Source: Deltaproteobacteria bacterium
Lineage (GTDB): Bacteria; Desulfobacterota; Binatia; UBA9968
Assembly (NCBI GenBank): GCA_023250495.1
Contig: JAHFAP010000011.1
Span: forward strand, 1 to 33,041
Reading direction: 5' to 3'
DNA: 33,041 nt
Shown: positions 28,593 to 33,041 of the stretch, piece by piece
Layout of the letters: each line of letters starts with the position of its first letter
Position numbering within the stretch: position 1 is the first letter of the stretch
The notes under the pieces: generated by a model
Told to the model about the DNA's origin: nothing
Database searches by the model: none
The model's input: only the letters and a program-made list of their open reading frames with translations
Made by a program: the position numbers and the translations under genes

Positions 28593-30332
28593 ATGAAACA
28601 AGCCGTTTTGCGTCTGCCCGCGTTCATTGGTTGGAGAAACCAGGCGTCGCCCGCGCTGATGGGGCTGGCGTTGGCGCCGATCGGCGTCATCCTGGTGCTG
28701 GTCGCCGTGATGCTCTGGGTGAGCTTTCAGCGGGGCCTCTTCGGCACGCCCACGGCGATCTACACGCTGGAAAATTACCAGACGATTCTCTCCGACCCGT
28801 TTCTCTACCGGGTGCTGTGGAACACGGCGATCTTCACCCTCACGACGACTTGCGTCGCTCTCCTCACGGGTCTCCCCATCGCCTGGCTGGCCGAAAGAAC
28901 CACCATTCCGGGCAAGACGCTTATCTACGCGATCATGACTCTCGGCCTGCTGATTCCAGGCATCTACACGGCGATGGGATGGACTTTCATCGCCCATCCG
29001 CGGATCGGATTTTTAAACCGCTGGCTCGTGGATCTTTTCGGCCTTGAGAGCGCTCCCATAAACATCGCGACGCCGATCGGCATGGGCTTCGTCCAGGGGC
29101 TCAGCCTCGCTGCCGTAGCGTTCATACTGACCGCGCAGATGTTTCGCGCCATGAACCCGACACTTGAGGAAGCCGCTCAAGTGCACGGCATGAGTTTCGT
29201 CACGATCCTGCATCGGGTCACGTTCCCTCTCGCCCTGCCGGGCATACTGGCGGCGGTGATCTACATCGTGACGATCGGGGTGGCGACGTTCGACATCCCA
29301 GCCATCCTCGGACTCGGCAACCGCGTCTACATGCTCAGTACCTATATCTACATCAAGGTCCACCCTCAGGGCAGCGGCTTGCCGGAGTACGGCATCACGG
29401 GCGCCGTGGGAACCTTCATGATCGTCGTCGCCGCGCTGCTGACCTCGTGGTATGGGCAGGTGCTGCGGAGTGGTCACCGCTTCGAAGTCGTCACCGGCAA
29501 GGGCTACCGCCCCGCGCTGATCAAGCTCGGCCGCTGGGCGGTCGTCGGCTGGCTTTTCATCGGCCTCTACGCCTTTGTCTCCAAGCTGTTGCCGCTGCTC
29601 TTGATCACCTATGCGGCTTTGACCCCCTACTTCGCGCCGCCGTCACTGGAGATGATGCGCCAACTTTCGCTAGTGCACTTTTACAACATGGACTGGGAGC
29701 TGGTCTTGCGCGGCGCGCGCAACACGGCAACGCTGGTGCTGGTGGTGCCGCTGCTGGTGCTGCTCTTCGCGTTCGCCATATCGTGGCTGGTGGTGCGCTC
29801 GCGCAGCCGCGCGCGCTACGCGCTGGAGTTTTGCGCCTTCCTGCCGCAGGCGCTCCCGGAAGTAATTTTAGCAATCGGCGCGCTGCTGCTGGCGCTCTTT
29901 GTGCTGCGTGAATTCGTGCCGCTCTATGGTTCCGTATGGCTGATCGCCATCGTCTACGTGGTGGCCCGGATCGCCTTCGCCACCCGGGCGCTCAACGGCT
30001 CCCTGCTGCAGATCCACCGGGAGCTTGAAGAGGCGGCCTTTGTCTCCGGACTGTCAACGCTTCGCACCGCGCGGCGCGTCCTGCTGCCGCTGCTCTGGCC
30101 AACTCTCTTGTCGGTCTGGCTCTGGACGGCGTTGTTGGTCTATCGCGAGCTTACCGTCGCGGTATTTTTGGGCATCCACGACAACATCACCTTCCCGGCG
30201 GTCATCTGGAGCTACTGGTACGCGGGCGGGATGAACAAGGCCTCGGCCGTGACGCTGCTCATGACCGCCGTGCTCGCCCCGCTGATCGTGGCGTTCTGGT
30301 GGTTCGGCCGGCGCAGCCAGGTGCCGACGTAG
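28593..30332 (+). CDS. ABC transporter permease, fused two-domain FbpB-like
   Basis: Two EAA motifs (LEEAAQVHG, LEEAAFVSG), many TM segments, VTGKGYRP; start 28578 or 28593. Confidence 0.9.
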   Translation: MKQAVLRLPAFIGWRNQASPALMGLALAPIGVILVLVAVMLWVSFQRGLFGTPTAIYTLENYQTILSDPFLYRVLWNTAIFTLTTTCVALLTGLPIAWLAERTTIPGKTLIYAIMTLGLLIPGIYTAMGWTFIAHPRIGFLNRWLVDLFGLESAPINIATPIGMGFVQGLSLAAVAFILTAQMFRAMNPTLEEAAQVHGMSFVTILHRVTFPLALPGILAAVIYIVTIGVATFDIPAILGLGNRVYMLSTYIYIKVHPQGSGLPEYGITGAVGTFMIVVAALLTSWYGQVLRSGHRFEVVTGKGYRPALIKLGRWAVVGWLFIGLYAFVSKLLPLLLITYAALTPYFAPPSLEMMRQLSLVHFYNMDWELVLRGARNTATLVLVVPLLVLLFAFAISWLVVRSRSRARYALEFCAFLPQALPEVILAIGALLLALFVLREFVPLYGSVWLIAIVYVVARIAFATRALNGSLLQIHRELEEAAFVSGLSTLRTARRVLLPLLWPTLLSVWLWTALLVYRELTVAVFLGIHDNITFPAVIWSYWYAGGMNKASAVTLLMTAVLAPLIVAFWWFGRRSQVPT

Positions 30333-30370
30333 TAGAAGGTTTGAAGCCATTTGGGAAAGGAGAAAGATCG

Positions 30371-31450
30371 ATGCGAATCAAGAAATGGGGTCTCCTGTTA
30401 ATATTGGTTGCCGGTGTGGCGATCGGCGCTGCCGCGCCGCAGAAGGGCGGCGAGGAGGAAACCGGACCGTATGAAGTTGTGCCCAACTGGCCGCAGCCGC
30501 TCCACAACGACGGCTGGACCTGGGGCTCCACGGCCGCGGTGTGGGCCGAATCGCCGGACCGCGTGTTTGTTTTCCAACGCGGTGAGCTGGAAGAGTTGAA
30601 GGACCCGGTAGGTGGGGGAGGCCTTCCAAAGCGGGTTGCGACCCAAGCCAAGCCGCGCTGGGAGCGTTGCCTAATGGTTTTCGATCGCAACGGCAAGCTC
30701 GTGGAATCGTGGCAGCAGCACGACGACAAGTTTGTCCGGCCGCATCGCGTGGCGATCAGCCCGTATGATGCGGAAAAAAACGTCTGGCTCGTCGATGACG
30801 GCGCGCATCAGGTGTTCAAGTTCACCAACGACGGCAAGAAGCTGCTGATGGTGCTGGGCGAGAAGCAAAAGCCCGGCAACGACCCGTATCACTTCAATCG
30901 CCCGACCGACATCGCCTTCCTGCCGAACGGTGACTTCTACGTGACCGACGGCTACAACAACACCCGCGTGGTGAAGTACTCCAAGGATGGGAAATATCTG
31001 TTCGAATGGGGCAAGCCCGGCAAAGGGCCCGGTGAGTTCAACCTCGTCCATGGCATCTCGATCGACGTCGACAAACAGCGAGTTTATGTTTCGGATCGCT
31101 CCAACTCGCGCATTCAGGTCTTCGACCTGAACGGCAAGTACATCGAGGAATGGAACAACATCCGCTCGCCGTACTACCTCGCGCTGTCGAAGGACCAAGA
31201 GCTCATCGTGTCCGACGGCGTGACGCAGAAGATCCTGAAGTACGACTTGGCCGGAAAGCTCCTCTACTCCTGGGGCACGTTTGGCCCGTTTCCGGGCGGC
31301 CTATGGGGCGTCCACCAAGTCAGCGTCGACAGCGAGGGCAACCTCTACGTCGCCGAGGTCTTCAACGGCCGCGTGCAGAAATTTCGCCCCAAGCCGGGCG
31401 CGGACCGGGCGAAACTCGCCGGGCAGACAGTCCACAGCCTGACGCGGTAA
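30371..31450 (+). CDS. Secreted NHL-repeat beta-propeller (peptidyl-alpha-hydroxyglycine lyase-like)
   Basis: AAAGGAG RBS, signal peptide, YEVVPNWP, FNRPTDIAF..GDFYVTDGYNNTRV, GEFNLVHGI, VSDRSNSRIQVF. Confidence 0.85.
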   Translation: MRIKKWGLLLILVAGVAIGAAAPQKGGEEETGPYEVVPNWPQPLHNDGWTWGSTAAVWAESPDRVFVFQRGELEELKDPVGGGGLPKRVATQAKPRWERCLMVFDRNGKLVESWQQHDDKFVRPHRVAISPYDAEKNVWLVDDGAHQVFKFTNDGKKLLMVLGEKQKPGNDPYHFNRPTDIAFLPNGDFYVTDGYNNTRVVKYSKDGKYLFEWGKPGKGPGEFNLVHGISIDVDKQRVYVSDRSNSRIQVFDLNGKYIEEWNNIRSPYYLALSKDQELIVSDGVTQKILKYDLAGKLLYSWGTFGPFPGGLWGVHQVSVDSEGNLYVAEVFNGRVQKFRPKPGADRAKLAGQTVHSLTR

Positions 31451-31514
31451 GGAAATCTCCTGAAGTTAGGAACGCCCCGCTACTCGTCTGTTGGAAAAAC
31501 GTAGGGATAGGGTT

Positions 31515-31778
31515 TTACACCTTAAATACCTGGTCGTGTTCGCGGACTTTGTCTTTGACTTTGATCCCGACCACTTTACCCTTTTCCGCGCGGGGCACGC
31601 TCTGGTGCTCGATCTGGATGGAATCTACGGTCTGGGTAAAGTCGGTGTGTTTGCCTTTGATGTGGATCGTGTCCCCGACCTTGAGTTCGCCGCCGGTGAG
31701 CTCGATGATGCCCACGCTGAGATGGGAGTAGTAGTGGGTGATCAGGCCAATGAGTGTTTCCTCTGACTTGGCATTCAT
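31515..31778 (-). CDS. Small translation-factor-type beta-barrel protein (EF-Tu domain II / U32 C-terminal-like)
   Basis: IGLITHYYSHLSVGIIEL..ELKVGDTIHIKGKHTDFTQTVDSIQIEH...VGIKV..KVREHDQVF; GAGGAGG RBS before ATG 31778. Confidence 0.75.
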   Translation of the reverse strand: MNAKSEETLIGLITHYYSHLSVGIIELTGGELKVGDTIHIKGKHTDFTQTVDSIQIEHQSVPRAEKGKVVGIKVKDKVREHDQVFKV

Positions 31779-31872
31779 GACAGCCCCTCCTCTGTAGAAT
31801 ACTTCAGGCTCAGGCATTCGTGTCTAGAGCATTTTCCGGCCCTCTACCGTTGACTACGCTGAAGAAAGATGA

Positions 31873-33041
31873 CTACACGTTCACAACCACCACGCCCTTG
31901 GGTTCGAGGTAGTAGTCCAAAGCCTCGGGGCCGTGTTCGCGGCCGAGGCCGCTGGCCTTGACGCCGCCGAAGGGAAGCTCATCATAGCCGTAGTGCAGCG
32001 AGTTCACCCAGACATTGCCTGCCTGGAGTTTATCGATCGCTTTGTTGGCGTGCGCGAGACTCCGCGTCCAGACGGATGAGCCTAGGCCGTAAATGGAACT
32101 GTTCGCTTTCTCGAGCGCCTCGTCCAACGTCTTGAACGTGAAGACCGGAAGCACCGGCCCGAAGGTCTCCTCGACGCTGACGCGCGCGTCGTCCGGCACG
32201 TTGGTGAGAAGCGTGGGCAGATAGAAGAAGCCCTTCTCGAGATCTCCGCCCTTAGGCCTTTCGCCGCCAAAGACGACCTTGGCGCCGCGCGCCTTGGCAT
32301 CTTCGACCTGCTCTTCGATCTCTTTGCGCTGGGAGTCGAGATGGATCGGTCCCATGCGGGTTTCTTTGGCCGCGCCGTTGCCGACCGTCTTGGTTTTCAG
32401 AATATCGGCCAGCTTGCCGACGAAAGATTCGGCGACCGATTCCTGCAGAAAGAGCCGCTTGACGCCGAGACACATCTGGCCGCAGTTGAAGAAGCGGCCG
32501 ATGTCGGCCATCTTGATCGCCATATCGAGATTGGCGTCGTCCATAACGATCATGGGATCGCTTCCGCCCAGCTCCAGCGTCACCCTCTTGATCTCCCGGC
32601 CAGCCACCTCCATCACATGCCGTCCCACTTCGGTCGAGCCTGTGAAGGCGATGCGGCGGATGCGAGGGTTCTTCAGCAGCTCCTCTCCCACCGTACTTCC
32701 CGGACCGGTCACAACATTGACTGCGCCTTTGGGCAGAGTTTTTTGCTGTTTTCCCTCGCCGTAAGTCGCCTGCTGAATCTGCTCCACGCAAAGCAGCGTC
32801 GCCAGCGGGGTCGTGCTGGCGGGCTTGATGATGATCGTGTTTCCCGCGGCGAGCGCCGGGCCAAGCTTCGTGCCCATGAGAGTGAGCGGAAAATTCCACG
32901 GGACAATTCCAGCGCAGACGCCGATCGGTTGGCGCACCACCATGCCGTAGGCGCCTTTCTGGGGCAGGGGAACATGAGAGCCGCGGACTTTAGAGGCGAG
33001 GCCCGCGTAGAATTCCAGGCCGTGGAGCAAGTGGTGGATTT
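31873..33041 (-). CDS. Aldehyde dehydrogenase family protein (5' end outside window)
   Basis: IVPWNFP, FTGSTEVG, LELGGSDP, FNCGQMC, EETFGP, PFGGVKASG; frame open to the window edge. Confidence 0.93.
   Translation of the reverse strand, partial: IHHLLHGLEFYAGLASKVRGSHVPLPQKGAYGMVVRQPIGVCAGIVPWNFPLTLMGTKLGPALAAGNTIIIKPASTTPLATLLCVEQIQQATYGEGKQQKTLPKGAVNVVTGPGSTVGEELLKNPRIRRIAFTGSTEVGRHVMEVAGREIKRVTLELGGSDPMIVMDDANLDMAIKMADIGRFFNCGQMCLGVKRLFLQESVAESFVGKLADILKTKTVGNGAAKETRMGPIHLDSQRKEIEEQVEDAKARGAKVVFGGERPKGGDLEKGFFYLPTLLTNVPDDARVSVEETFGPVLPVFTFKTLDEALEKANSSIYGLGSSVWTRSLAHANKAIDKLQAGNVWVNSLHYGYDELPFGGVKASGLGREHGPEALDYYLEPKGVVVVNV

Overview
GC-rich bacterial chromosome segment. Gene content and order look Deltaproteobacteria-like, possibly Ca. 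Binatia; this taxonomy is inference only. Most of it is housekeeping: ftsE-ftsX-envC-like-ctpA, xseA-M23 peptidase-xseB-ispA-dxs-tlyA-thrC-GDPD, an M16 peptidase, and rpsU-yqeY-cvpA-dnaG-rpoD followed by tRNA(CAT), probably Ile2. A PemK/MazF TA pair and a B12-type radical SAM gene lie to the left. VOC, an Fe/polyamine-type ABC transporter, an NHL-repeat gene, a small beta-barrel gene and a partial aldehyde dehydrogenase lie to the right. The most unusual part is the ~1.7 kb downstream of the tRNA. The tRNA T-arm recurs twice there, each time at the end of the same 104-bp direct repeat, and the two repeats bracket a 636-bp unit carrying only hicB-hicA. No integrase is present, so it looks like a tRNA-anchored, integron-like cassette stack. 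The same locus holds a duplicated 8-mer-period palindromic element tied to the 3' end of a four-helix-bundle gene remnant cut by an IS481-like fragment. Many intergenic gaps in the window hold short 7/8/9-mer-period palindromes of different sequence, plus REP-like and MITE-like elements. All calls come from reading motifs and repeats by eye; no database search was run.
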